Translations under genes and position numbers: made by a program
Source of the DNA: Eledone cirrhosa
Lineage: Eukaryota
Direction: 5' to 3'
Assembly (NCBI GenBank): GCA_964016885.1
Contig: OZ024743.1
Span: 68,386,001-68,450,000, forward strand
DNA: 64,000 nucleotides
Shown: in pieces, positions 1 through 14,294 of the stretch
Position numbering within the stretch: position 1 is the first letter of the stretch
How the letters are laid out: every line of letters starts with the position of its first letter
The notes under the pieces: generated by a model
Told to the model about the DNA's origin: nothing
The model's input: only the letters and a program-made list of their open reading frames with translations
Databases searched by the model: none

Positions 1-132
1 TGCTCAATAGTTAAAGACCAGAGCTAAACAATGTGTTACGAAGCCATACAAAACTGAAAAGGTGGTCAAGAAATCATTAACCACCCAAGCCAGAAACCAA
101 ATCAAGCTAGACAGGTCAAAACAAAATAAATG

Positions 133-222
<90 letters not shown>

Positions 223-231
223 TATGTGTAA

Positions 232-276
<45 letters not shown>

Positions 277-341
277 AACTTTAGAGTGCTACTTACCCGA
301 TATCTGCATTGCTTTATTGTACTACAATAAAACTCACCTCC

Positions 342-383
<42 letters not shown>

Positions 384-466
384 AAAGTTCTATTTAAAAT
401 TGTTGGGATACAACAAGTAAATATTTTTATAACTGATATAAAGCACTCGACAAGTATTTGGAGTAG

Positions 467-831
467 ATATACGATATTAATAAATGGAAACTATATTTAT
501 AAAACCATATTTATTTCTTTATACATATTTCAGGGATACCAAATTAAATTATGGTATGCCTTCATGAGACAAAATACAATATATAACAGTTTTACAAATA
601 AGCTTTGACGTACCCTTTTAAAATGCAACCATTATTTTTGGAAGCCATCTGGATAGAGAATTGTTTATATTATTTTAATAAGTCTTAGTGTTAAGGACAA
701 TTAGAATGTATATATACTGTGAACTTTTTATAACACAAGGAATACATAGCAGTGATTAAGAGAAATCATTTTCGTTTTGTATGTCTATATTGTAGACCTG
801 ATTAGATATAATTTCTATTTTCACGACGTGC

Positions 832-907
<76 letters not shown>

Positions 908-1614
908 CTATCTTTGCCGTAAGGTAGTGGTTTCTCTAGCAATGTCTACATTTTGGATGCTTAAACTAAAATTTTAGCATATTGATCTCAAGTTTTAAAC
1001 TAAACATATAATCATTGTTAAACAATGTTTAATTTCTCATATTATATATTTATGTCCCATTCATGAATATTAATATTTATATTTTTATTATTCATTCCAT
1101 ATAAATTGTTAACTCAACTTAATATGACATGACGTAAAGTTTTCATTATCTCCCCCTCTCTCTATATATTATTTCTCTCTCTTGAGTCTTTCTATCTGTC
1201 TGATGACTTGATATCTCTCTGTTGCTTTCCTCTGTTTTTCTTAATTCTTCCTTTTTTTTTTCTTTCTTTCCTCCTGTCTTTATTTATCTCTCTCTTTTTT
1301 TTCCATGCATTTCTCTCTCTCCGATATTTCTCCATGTTTTTTTGTTTTTTTTCTTTTTCTCTCTCCGTCTTTTTTTCTTTCTCCGTCTTTTTCTGACACT
1401 AAGACTTATTAAAATAATATAAACAATTCACTATCCAGATGGCTTCCAAACATAATGGTTGCATTTTAAAAGGGTACGTCAAAGCTTATTTGTAAAACTG
1501 TTATATATTGTATGTTGTCTGATGAAGGCATACCATAATTTTATTTGGTATCCCTGAAATATGTATAATGAAATAAATATGGTTTTATAAATATAGTTTC
1601 CATTTATTAATATC

Positions 1615-1620
<6 letters not shown>
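467..1620. repeat. Fold-back element: ~225-bp inverted arms (467-691 / 1396-1620) around a ~700-bp low-complexity spacer; Penelope pLTR-like
   Basis: The arms are near-exact reverse complements (e.g. taaatggaaactatatttataaaaccatat / atatggttttataaatatagtttccattta). Each arm contains a hammerhead-like motif. The right arm abuts (TA)n. Confidence 0.85.
1511..1575 (+). ncRNA. Type I hammerhead ribozyme (minimal, palindromic stem III)
   Basis: CTGATGA 1519-1525; stem II AGG-C-ATACCA/TGGTAT-C-CCT; GAAA 1556-1559; TATGTA-T-A; stem I tatgttgt/atgaaata with G-U pairs. Confidence 0.75.
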
Positions 1621-1653
<33 letters not shown>

Positions 1654-1873
1654 TACACGAGTGTGTATGATTGTGTATAGAAGATTAAATTAATAATAGG
1701 TATTCCAACTTTGTCTGATTTACTCGTTTTATTTACAATCCTTTAAAATTATAATGATATTATAATGAAATAGTATGGTAGAATATTAAATGTTAAGTGT
1801 TAATTGGACAAGTACTTTAATGCTTTCGCAATCTTCAGGTTCCAATTTTGTGGTGACATTCAAGTATATACAC

Positions 1874-2022
<149 letters not shown>

Positions 2023-2040
2023 CATACACACACACACACA

Positions 2041-2155
<115 letters not shown>

Positions 2156-2815
2156 ATAATAATAAATTTGAAGACTAAAATCCAAAGAGGGCTCGATAAG
2201 GATAAATATATATCAAATATATAAGAACCGTAGAGCCGTACGTCTTCGAACATATGTGTATTTACATGTAGGTATGTGTGTGCGGTTGTTATATACGTAC
2301 TTATTTATCTATATACGTTTATTTAATGATTTGTATACACGCACATACGCACACACACATATTTATATGTGCGTATATTCGTATACCTATGGCGAGTGTT
2401 TTCGCGTATGCTTGTGTATATGGCGTATTATCTTCGTTTTTTCCGTTCATTGCCAGAGCACATCTCTATGAACCACCTAGGAGAATATTAGTCTACGACT
2501 TCTTTTATACCATAAACGTGGTTTTGTCTTTGCGTGTAATTGTTTTTCACCGCTCCAAATGACGTATTCGTTTATTCCCGTTCTTTGCCAGAGAACGTTT
2601 GCCCGAACCAAAGTATCGTCTTGCTGTCTTCGTCCGGTTGCAACGTTTTTTGAAATATTCACTTCTGCGTTCACAGATTGATTTTCTTAGTTTCAGAAGA
2701 TCCCGTTAAGGGTGAAAGCAGCGATTCTTTGCTTAAACTTTAATCTGATATGTCAATAAATATATATATATATATGTATGTATGTATATATATATGTATA
2801 TATAAGTATATATGT

Positions 2816-2931
<116 letters not shown>

Positions 2932-3165
2932 ATATATATATATATATATATATTGTTATATTGTTATACTTGGGGAGGGTCATATTTGTGTAATATTGCC
3001 AGAATTAATAACAGAACACACTCACGGTTTGGTCGGTTTTCGCTTTTCGCTTCTGTGTCTTTTATATCGGTAATCTAATTTATTCAGTCCTCAATGTTGC
3101 CATTGACTGACCAACGGTTAAAAATAATACAGATACAATATAGACACAAACACATATATATAGTT

Positions 3166-3209
3166 TATCAAGGTTCTTTCGTTGCACATCTGCAACATCG
3201 TCAGTGGTG
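3166..3209 (-). ncRNA. Decayed hammerhead-like motif
   Basis: The minus strand reads CTGACGA-T-GTTGCA gatg TGCAAC-GAAA. Stems I and III are degenerate. Confidence 0.45.
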
Positions 3210-3981
3210 CTATACATTCCTCCCGTTGCATTGTATTTCTACGCCATCTTTATTTAGTCTGTTTATATATTTATTCATTTATTTGTTTGTTTGTTTATTT
3301 TCTTTTGTGTTATTTGCGCATGCGTTTGCGTGTGTGTATAGTGTTTTGTTTAATGTGTGTTCGTGGTTGGGTGACTGTGTATTGGTTAATGTATTCTATG
3401 TTTACTAGTGTGTGTTTATATGTGTTTGTTGTTATTGTGCTTGTGTATGTATTTATTTATTTATTTATCTATTTATTTATCTATTTATTTATTTATTTAT
3501 ACTTCTCTTAGGTCAGTGTTGTTGGTTTGGGTGTTGTTGTTATTCCATTCATTCTTTCTGTTTAGTCTGTTCCATTCATTCTTTCTATTTCACTGGCCTC
3601 TCTGATTTGCATATCTGCTGGGTCATTTCTATGTTTAGATATTATTCTAATTTCTATGTCGTCTATGTTACCGTCGTGTTGTTGTCTAGCATGTTCGTAT
3701 AGTACTGACCCGTTTTTCGTCCTTTTAGTTCCTACCAGTGTTGGTCTATCCTTTCACCTATGCTACGAGCTGTTTCGCCTATATATGTTATTGTCATGTT
3801 TCTGCAAGTACCCTCTGTACATCTTATGTTATAGACTACGTTTCTAGTTTTACAGTTTATCCGGGGGTTTATCTTACATATGATACATTTCCTATTAGTA
3901 CAGTGCGTTTTTATAAAGGGTAGGTTTTGCTGATCAGGGATTTTATGGTGATTCCTGGATTTTCTACCACCTTAATCTTTA

Positions 3982-4086
<105 letters not shown>

Positions 4087-4101
4087 TATATATATATATA
4101 C

Positions 4102-4254
<153 letters not shown>

Positions 4255-4324
4255 GGGGGGGGGGTTACATAATTCTAAAGGAAAAGCAAAGGAAAAAAGA
4301 GTGCCCTATGTAAAGAGCAGAGCT

Positions 4325-4703
4325 ATTTAATTAGAAAGTGAACAACACAAAATAGTGTTGGTAAATTTCCTTATAATTGTAGAGTGCTTAACTTGTCAGG
4401 CTGGAAATTGCCAATCTCATAGATATGCAGAATATGCGTCGATCATTCCCGTTAGGCGCCGTTTATGTGTTACGTAATTCCAAAGGAATAGCAATGGGAA
4501 AAAGAGTGCTCTATATATAGAACAGAGCTATTTAATTAGTTTCTTTTTGAATTACGTAACACATAAACGGCTCTTAACGGAAAGGATCGACGCAACTTCT
4601 GCATATCTATGAGATTGGCATCTTCCAGCCTAATAAGTTGAGTACTCTACAGTTATGAGGACATTTACCAACACTAACTGTTTTATGTTGTTCACTTTCT
4701 AAT

Positions 4704-4710
<7 letters not shown>
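4325..4710. repeat. Fold-back element, ~160-bp inverted arms (4325-4485 / 4545-4710)
   Basis: Examples of arm pairing: gccaatctcatagatatgcagaa / ttctgcatatctatgagattggc and ccgtttatgtgttacgtaattc / gaattacgtaacacataaacgg. There is also a ~47-bp direct repeat (4286-4332 / 4491-4537). It lies between (TA)n tracts. Confidence 0.8.
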
Positions 4711-4753
<43 letters not shown>

Positions 4754-4775
4754 TATTACAACACAACGGAAAATA

Positions 4776-4819
<44 letters not shown>

Positions 4820-5234
4820 AACTCATATCTCAGTAACCTGTGCGTTTGCCAAACATCTCCTTCTTGATTTGTTTTCCTTCATCAGTAATATTTACACAGT
4901 CGGCTCTGAAAGGGGAATAGGCAAAGGCTCTATCTGTTTATTTATATATCTATCTACTTACGTACACGATCGGATTGAATGGGGGACAAATGCGACATTT
5001 ATTCTGTAATGGGAAGCTGGGCACGAGAAACAACCGTAACAATTTATTAGTGCCCCCTAATTTTATCCATTCACAACACTATCTATGTTTCTGAGAAGAA
5101 AATATTCAATATTCTTACTGTCCAGCTTCAGGCTCATCAGATTGTTATCAGGACAATATTCGAATATCTGATGTCGCTGTGTAAAGTGGTTGTGCTGATA
5201 TCACAAAAGAATTGTCTCAGTAAACCCTCTAAAG

Positions 5235-5490
5235 TTAGAGTTAGGATTAGAGTTAAGGTTACGGTTAGCGTTAAGGTTAAGGGTTAGCGTTATGTTTAGG
5301 GTTAGGGTTAGATTTAGTGTTAGAGTTAGGGTTAGGGTTACAGTTTAGGGTTACGGTTATTTTTAGGGTTAGGGTTAGGGTTATGTTTAGGGATAAGGTT
5401 AGGGTTAGGATTACGGTTAGGGTTAGGGTTATCTTTAGGGTTAGGGTTGGATTTAAGGTTAGGGTTAAGTTTAAGGTTAGGGTTAGAGTT
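5235..5490 (+). repeat. Degenerate interstitial telomere-like (TTAGGG)n tract
   Basis: About 40 hexamer units, many perfect TTAGGG, mixed with variants (TTAGAG, TTAAGG, TTACGG, TTAGCG). Confidence 0.85.
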
Positions 5491-5496
5491 ACGAAG

Positions 5497-5620
5497 CAAA
5501 CCAGCCATAGAAACCATGCCAAGGGCGCTCCGATAGGTCTGGTTGCTGATGCGACCAGTCCAACACATGCATGTGTGGAAATTGGACGTAAAATGAGGAT
5601 GGACGTAAAATGAGGATGGT
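5497..5620 (+). mobile_element. 3' part of a second SINE family
   Basis: ccagccatagaaaccatgcc...gtccaacacatgc...ggacgtaaaatgaggat resembles, from memory, a common octopod SINE tail ending in GAT-like repeats. Confidence 0.45.
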
Positions 5621-5848
5621 TAGAAAAGCACAAGAACTGCGAAACCGGTAAAGGAATCAAATAAATATATTTTTCTAAAAAAAGACTCCAGTTACATTTT
5701 CGATTTCATCTTTTTTCCATATACTTTAACTCGTGTAGGACACCTCGTGTTTTTTTCATTTAGATATTTATATATACATGTGTGTGTATATATATATATA
5801 TATATATAGGAGGAGGTTATAGTTCACTTGAAGCATTGTGTAATGAGG

Positions 5849-6302
5849 TATAAACGTTTGAATATGTGTAATAAAGCCAAAACAATGCAGGTATGGACAT
5901 AGAAAAAAGAATGCAATCGTAAAAGATATTGTTGACAATTCGTCCTTTACCTTGAATTTATTTAAATGTCCTTAATTTTCGAGATAATATCTCTTCTTCG
6001 GAGGGAATAAAGGTCTCAAAACAGCGCTTTAAATATCTAGCCAAGCCATGCTGACAGGAAATAGTATAGAGTGACAGAACAGATACTCTATAATATTTCC
6101 TGTCAGCATGGCTTGGCTAGATATTTAAAGCGCTGGTTTGAGACCTTTATTTCCCTCCGAAGAAGAGATATTATCTCGAAAATTAAGGACATTTAAATAA
6201 ATTCAAGGTAAAGGACGAATTGTCAACAATATCTTTTACGATTGCATTCTTTTTTCTATGTCCATACCTGCATTGTTTTGGCTTTATTACACATATTCAA
6301 AC

Positions 6303-6309
<7 letters not shown>
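5849..6309. repeat. Near-perfect 460-bp palindrome (arms 5849-6073 / 6085-6309)
   Basis: The arms differ at only a few positions and the loop is ~11 nt. The right arm has a hammerhead-like CCGAAGA-A-GAGATA t TATCTC-GAAA at 6157-6181. Confidence 0.9.
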
Positions 6310-6362
<53 letters not shown>

Positions 6363-6731
6363 GTGACCTTTTTTCACTAAATGAAAAAAGAAAACGAGGT
6401 GTCCTACACGAGTGAAAGTATAAGGAAAAAACATGAAATCGTGGTTGCACATGGGTTACATATGAATAAAATTAGTCCTTCTTCAGTGATTTTCCAACTT
6501 TCATTGGTATTTCATCGCTTTAAAAATCATATATCTCTAGTGGTGCGAGCAATAGCTAAATAAAGCTATTGGGACAAGTAATATATATATATATATATAT
6601 GTGTGTATGTATCCAGGAAGTGTAACGGGAAATTGCCGTAAATTCACCCAGGTGAGCACTCGGTGTTTAGGTTCACGTCAGTGGCGAGGTGCAGAGCTAG
6701 ACAGAATGTAATATAATAATATAAGGAGGAT

Positions 6732-6982
6732 TTGTTAAGCCTTCATTACGTTTACTGGTTGGTGACTTGCGTTTCGCTATTTGTCAGTTCAAAGTTTCAT
6801 CTGTATCGAATTGGACCGACTCTGGAATATAAAGCTCGTCGGACCTCTGCTTACATTGAAACAGCAGAGGTCCCACGAGCTTTTGATTCCAGAATCGGTC
6901 CAGATCGATATATATCGAATCTTCAGCTGATCAATAGCGAAATGCGTATTACCATATGAATAAACGTAATGAAGGGTTAACA
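6732..6982. repeat. Old, imperfect fold-back element
   Basis: gttaagccttcattacgttta / taaacgtaatgaagggttaac and tttcgctatt / aatagcgaaa. A 3' half of a hammerhead (GAAA-TGCGTA-TT) is present in the right arm. Confidence 0.55.
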
Positions 6983-6993
6983 ACCCGTATTTG

Positions 6994-7027
<34 letters not shown>

Positions 7028-7271
7028 GAAAAAACCTCACTTTCTAATATATATATATATTGTACATATATATATATATATATATATATAAAATAATAGA
7101 GGTGTAACACACGAGTTATGATATATTGGTAAAAGGAGAAGAAAATGCTGACAAACTGTTCCCAGTGAAAAATAGTTTAATTAGGAATAAGTATAAATTA
7201 GTAATAAGTATTGGTTAGTATTCAGTTTTAGTTTTAAGTTATTACTGGTTATGTGTATGTATATATGTATA

Positions 7272-7353
<82 letters not shown>

Positions 7354-7500
7354 TTTTGAGTTTATGTTGGTTGTATACCAACACCTCAGTATGCAAGCTG
7401 GAGCACTCGACGAAGTGCGCAGATTGGTTCGGTTACCCCGGAGTAGTGTAAAATAAAGTTAAATAAAATGTCAAATGATTAAAACTTAGCTTCGTTTATT

Positions 7501-7555
7501 GCTGCTATATATATTTCAGTGACAGCCATCTTTGGCTGTGACCTCTTCAGGCAGT
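7501..7555 (-). ncRNA. Type I hammerhead ribozyme
   Basis: Minus strand: actgc CTGAAGA GGT-C-ACAGCCA aaga TGGCTGT-C-ACT GAAA TATATA TA gcagc. Confidence 0.85.
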
Positions 7556-7710
7556 TTGAATTAGTATGGTACAGACAAGTACATATGTTGTTGAGGTGTA
7601 TAATATTGTCAATACTCTGATATGCCCAGTTCCTGGTTGGGTTGTTATTTCACTGAGGAACTGGAATCATATCATATGATTCCATACCATACTATACCAT
7701 ACTAATTCAA

Positions 7711-7765
7711 ACTGCCTGAAGAAGTCACAGCCAAAGATGGCTGTCACTGAAATATATATAGCAGT
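7711..7765 (+). ncRNA. Type I hammerhead ribozyme
   Basis: Stem I ACTGC/GCAGT; CTGAAGA 7716-7722; stem II AGT-C-ACAGCCA/TGGCTGT-C-ACT; GAAA 7749-7752; palindromic TATATA; U-A cleavage site after 7760. Confidence 0.9.
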
Positions 7766-7826
7766 AATAAACGAAGCTAAATTTTAATCATTTGACCTTT
7801 TATTTAACTTTAAATATATATATATT

Positions 7827-7858
<32 letters not shown>

Positions 7859-7881
7859 TATATATATATATATACATATAT

Positions 7882-7998
<117 letters not shown>

Positions 7999-8846
7999 GA
8001 GCGTGCTCATATATATAACATCATCCACCCTACTAATAAGATTTTTGAAAATGTTTACTTGGCAATCAATCTTGCTCTAGCAATACTACTTTTTTCTCTT
8101 ACTGAGAATGTTTGGTTATATTGTTTTTATAACATCAATGGTACAATTGATATTTTTATCGTTGATTTACTTTTGATATGGTCAAGCAAATCTTTTATCA
8201 ACCACTTACGTTACCATATTTCTGATGAAGGCTGCTGCATTTATTCCAAAATTATTTTGAAAATAATCAAAAATTTAACCTGGTTTAGTTTCGTTAATCA
8301 CCGCCTTGAATAAGCGTTTGGAACATTGTCACAGAGCATTTCACAAATAATTTTAAAGGCAGGTTTGTAGATAAGCAGATTATAACAAATAGCTTAGCAT
8401 CCTTGAAGCCAGTGTGTTTTCAGAGTGTTTTCTATTAAAATTGTTATAAAAAAGCACATGTTATAAAAAAGCACGTTGTTATAAAAAAGCACATTTCAAC
8501 TTACTCGTCAATTTTTAAGATTACGGTTTCAGATTTGTCTGTTATTACTAGTAGGTCGACAAAGCAATTAATGGGTAAGTAGCTGGTGCTTGGTGTTGCA
8601 GGTATTGTTGAGATATGTCCAAAATAATTTCTATTCATTTCCAGTTTTGATGAAAGTTCCTGGCAAAATATCTGTCTTTCTGTTAAATCATAAAATATTG
8701 GGCTTGGTATAATCAACCACTCCAACAAACAGTATTCTGGATAAAAGCACACACACACATAAACACATATACTCACAGACATACCTAGAAGCATACATGC
8801 ACGCCGCACACGCACACATACGACTATAACACGCATACACGTACAC

Positions 8847-8920
<74 letters not shown>

Positions 8921-9062
8921 GTATACTGTTGCTGAAATTCATTTCATTGCATGCATGTGTATATATATATATATGTGTGTGTGCGTGTATGCATATATAT
9001 ACATAAATATGTATATATATATATGTGTGTGTGTATGTGTATACATATATACATAAGTATCC

Positions 9063-9125
<63 letters not shown>

Positions 9126-9272
9126 TTTATATATATATATGCATATTTATATATACCGACACGTACAAACATTAACACAGACATACGCACAAACACAGAA
9201 CACACATACGCGCGCAACCGCACACATACAGACACGCGTGCGCGCGCGCATATATATATATGTATATATATA

Positions 9273-9394
<122 letters not shown>

Positions 9395-9673
9395 AATATA
9401 TATATATGTGTGTATGTGCGCGGGTGTTTGTGTGTGTTAGAGATATCGAGATAATAGCTTCTTGTCCTCCTATCGACTGTTTGTCCTGTTATAAATAGAG
9501 CTAGTCATGAGACAGAGATATATTTATGTAATAGAGACGTGCTGTAAACACACGTAATCATCTAGGAATATAAACACATTCATTCACACATATACACATA
9601 CACACAAATATATATAGACCCATACATATATATGTACACTCACTAACAGGCATAAACATACACAAACAGATAT

Positions 9674-9722
<49 letters not shown>

Positions 9723-9980
9723 GATATACACACACATATATATATATACATATACACAAATATATACAGACCCATGAACATATTGAGACTCACTAACAAA
9801 CATAGACATACACAAACAGATATACACACACATATATATATATACACACACAGCTATACACACACATATATATATACATACAGCCAACTATATATAGAGC
9901 CATGTATATATTTACACTCACTAAAGAACATAAATGTACACATATATACACACATATATATATACACACAGCCATACACA

Positions 9981-10016
<36 letters not shown>

Positions 10017-10581
10017 CAGCCAAGTATATATATATACCCATGTAGAACACAAACAGGCACACACACATTCATACACATATATATATACCTACACATACAC
10101 CTAGATACACGCACTTATTTACATACATATACATATACATATACGTACATACCTATACACACAAACATTTACACAAACATATATCTATATACATACACAT
10201 ACATACATATTTACACAGGGACACACTCACATACTTATACACACAAACAAACACTCGTATATACATACATATATACCCACACCTATATACACACACGCAT
10301 ATATACACACACACCTATATGCACATACACATACTCACACACAAACATCTATATACACAAACACATGTAGATATATAGACAGACAGACATTTATTTCAAA
10401 CATACAAACACAAACCCACGAAGAAATTTGTTGAAAGAAGTTCAAATTAAATTTGACATCAAACCAAGAAGACAAATAGTAAAATAATTGTTGGGGTGTT
10501 ATAAGATGAAGTAGACACGGAAATTTCTCTCTATCCATCTGTCTATCTATCTATATCTCTATATATATCTATATCTATCTT

Positions 10582-10644
<63 letters not shown>

Positions 10645-10747
10645 GTCTATCTACGTTTATCTCTATCTCATTTTCTCAATTCTCTCTTAATATATATATA
10701 TGCGTGTGTGTGTGTGTGTGTGTATGTAAGTATATATAAATATATGT

Positions 10748-10812
<65 letters not shown>

Positions 10813-11189
10813 TGTACACATGTGTGTATAATTGTATATATATATACATATATATAAACATACATAAATATGTACAAAACAATATACATATATATTTATA
10901 CATATATACATACATGTATATATAGGCAAATATATATATATATAAAGAGAGAGAGGGGGAGAGAGAGAACGAGAGAGGGAGAGAGAAAGAGAGAGGGAGA
11001 TGTGTATATCCTGCGTGTGTTTAAGTATTTATATTTTAACATTATTATATATTGATACTTCATATGTTGGTCTATATCATTTACAAATGTTTTCACATAT
11101 AGATTAAATATAACCGACACAACTATAGCTATAATTTCAATGATATGGCCACCATAGTAGTAATGGTGACAATCCAAGACCATTATTTC

Positions 11190-11348
11190 AGTATGCTTTG
11201 ACGCACAGAGTTACGGCCCTTGCCATTCTGAGTTCGAATCCCGCCGAGGTTAACTTTGCCTTTCATCCTTAAGGGGTCGATAAAATAAAGTACCAGTAAT
11301 GCACTGGGTAATTTTTGGCCTTGTGCCAAAAAGTAGAAACAATTATTT
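11190..11348 (+). mobile_element. tRNA-derived SINE (family S1), 5' partial
   Basis: B box GAGTTCGAATCC, shared core gcctttcatcctt..ggggtcgataaaataaagtaccag and tail gccttgtgccaaaaagtagaaacaattat. Confidence 0.85.
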
Positions 11349-11358
11349 TAGTATGGAA

Positions 11359-11429
<71 letters not shown>

Positions 11430-12053
11430 ATATTTATATATATACATATACACATATATATAACAAACCTGGACACTTGGAATTGATGGTAAAATCCAGT
11501 ACAGGGTTTCTGCGACACCTAAATCAATATTAATTTCTGCTCAAAACAATAAGCTTTAGGTGTAATGTTCGACAAGGAATATAGCGTTATCAACAGGTAT
11601 TTTGTTCTGCGCCAGTATTGTGGATGACAGAGTGCTCCGTAAAAGCAGATGTGTTACTCAAGGGAAAACCCCCAGACTTTGGCAAATGAATTCAGTATGT
11701 GTAAATCATGCAAAAAATAGAATAAATATCACAAATCAAATAAGCTCTCTACCGGGTAGTTTTTAAAATAAACTTATACAATTAATCTGTCAATAGAATT
11801 ATTAATAGGTTAATTGTAAGACTCGGGAGATTAGTACAAATATAAATTCAGCGAGAATCGCATTTCGGCGGGTAGAAAAAGCGAAACGTAACGCAATTCC
11901 GAGTCATGCTGGCAAGCGCTCCATAGTCTAAAAGACTAGAGCATAAACATAGGTTATAAAGGCCATTCAAACTGAGAAGACGGTCAGGAGCCTTAGACCA
12001 CCTAAGCCAAATAACAAGTCAAGCTAAACAGGTCAGACAAAATAAATGACATA

Positions 12054-12091
<38 letters not shown>

Positions 12092-12191
12092 CGTCGGGGT
12101 CAAACATTTTCCTATTACCCACTCTACTACCCTAAGTATTGAGTACTCTGGTGCGTTATGGTCCATCTGGTTCCTTACCACACCTCCTTCG

Positions 12192-12257
<66 letters not shown>

Positions 12258-12321
12258 TCGTATCTATTTATATGGAAGTGATAGTGGTGACAATGATAAT
12301 GACGGTGATGATAATGACAAT

Positions 12322-12503
12322 AATTGTTTCTACTTTTGGCACAAGGCCACCAATTAAACCCGGTGCATTACTGGTACATCATTTTATCGACCTCGTAAGC
12401 AAAGTTAACCTCAGCGGGGTTTGAACCCAGAATGTAAAGGGCCGCAACTCTATACAGTAAAGCAAGGCGTCCGACCCTCTACCGATACTGCCAATCCACC
12501 GCC
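12322..12503 (-). mobile_element. SINE S1
   Basis: Reverse complement of the S1 consensus, including the head ggcggtggattggcagtatcggtagagggtcggacgcc. Confidence 0.85.
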
Positions 12504-12739
12504 TGATGATAATGACAGAAATGTTGTTGGGGATGAATTTGTCAAAATTGTGACGAAGATGATCCTGAAGACCACAACGAGGGCGACTATAATTATGATG
12601 ATGGTGATGATGATAATATTTGTTTCTACATTTGGCACAAGGCCAGCAATTTCCTCAGTGCGTTACTGGTACCTTATTGTAGCAACACCGTAAGGAACGT
12701 AAAGGGTCGTAACTCTTTTCTGCAAAGCATAGTAGCAGC

Positions 12740-14000
12740 GAGAATGTTCCTGAGAATGTTCCGAGGATGTTTCTTCCCCATGAAATATGAAGGAGGTATT
12801 ATCCATGGTAGGGCGTGTGCATTAAAAGATGAAGTTTATTTCATTGGGTCCGAATTTTGGATTCACAACGCAATATCAAAGACACAATGTGACGTCCGAT
12901 GGACTGCAATGGAAGCATTCAATCAAACTTTACGCAGATTTACGCAATTTCCCAGCAGCAGATTGTTGAATATTCTTCGAAGAGCAGGAGACGAGAGACT
13001 TCAGTTTCTATCTCGACAGCCTTCCACGACATTCAACCATATTGTTGGCGCACAAAAGGTTGTGATTTAATAGTCTAATTTATATATCAGGCTTGTTCGC
13101 CATGGTATTGGCAGCTGTGTTAGCCTGGGAAATCTATGGCTGTTACGAAAAACTCACACAAAGGACATGTGGTAGAAAACCTCAGACCCGTAAACCCACT
13201 GAACACATAGCTGACGTTTTAACAAAAAGGCTGAGTCAAGAAGCTGACTTTATTCATTGCTATTGTAGTCAGGGATTCTCAGTCTTGTGTGATCCCTAGT
13301 ATACTTATCCACGATAAAGTCCGCCTCATGATATATGTCATAGAGTTTGGCGGATGAAGAACCGATGTTGTCGGAATTCTGGTTATTTCACAGAATTGAC
13401 GATTGCTACATAGACTGTGACTTAAGAACATCTCCGTTCCGGATGCTGAATAACCACGCTCTAAAACGGCATATGATCGATGGTAAGATTGATCGACCAC
13501 TTATAGGAAAATTTCTATATCGTATGCTCATTCGTCGGAGATGTCCAATCGTCCCGTTCTCTAAGTGTTGGTTTGGAGGCTCTGCTGTTTAAAATGAAAT
13601 TTTCAGAGGCATTCAGCTATACCACACAAAATACCTGACATGTTGGAACACTCATACCTCCACTCTCTGCTGGCCCAGGATGTGATTGTCATCTCTCACG
13701 ATACTCGGACACGTGCGCTACAGCTAACACACCTGATAAATTAGCTAGTTCCGCAAACATGATGATAACGACAGCTTGAGTGTCGTGTTTTTCCACAGCT
13801 CATATCCTTGACAGAACTGCAGAATAAGATTCCGAGACTGCTTCCAAGCGCTCACGATGGGATAAGTTGAACAATGCGATAAGCGACCGGAAAACAACAC
13901 AGCGTTATATAAAGGGTTAGTAGAAGATACGGTGTGGTGGGAGAGGCTCATGCATTGACTATGATAGCCTGTAAAAGCTCTTCTGAAGGAATTGCAGGTC
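12740..14000 (+). mobile_element. Highly decayed BEL/Pao-like LTR retrotransposon pol fragment (RNase H to integrase)
   Basis: Broken frames give, in order, RRFTQFPSSRLLNI, HIADVLTKRLS, PFSKC, TRTRALQL and VWWERL. These resemble the BEL/Pao motifs FVANRV, NPADxxTRG, PF, TRAVHLE and PWWGGxWERL. Confidence 0.4.
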
Positions 14001-14294
14001 AATTATTATGGGCAATTTTCAAACGTGCTATAACTGATCCCGTTACTGTAGGGCACTACCAGTTATTGTGAAGCTCTGCAGTTTCGGAAGTGCCTACAGA
14101 GGAATCTAACTGAGACATATGCAAGGAGACGAAGCTGTCCTGAATGCTATTGTCTAGGGCCCATGTATTGCAGAGTTGCAGCATTGTATCGAACAACTAT
14201 TTTCACATATAGAACAGACGTATCTATAGGGAAATTGAAGTGAATCGGAACAATAATGGTGAACACGTTCTTGTCGACCATTGTTATTTTATCT

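Larger units (their letters stand above)
7455..7811. repeat. Fold-back element, ~120-bp inverted arms (7455-7574 / 7692-7811), each with an intact hammerhead
   Basis: The arms are reverse complements and (TA)n tracts lie on both sides. Confidence 0.9.

Noticed and set aside
5277-5660. ORFs with LTLTL / RVRVR / NPNP repeats
   Set aside because: They are translations of the TTAGGG tract.
8221-8260. Hammerhead at CTGATGA (also at 1200, 4880, 5134, 12503)
   Set aside because: No stem II followed by GAAA; these are chance core matches.
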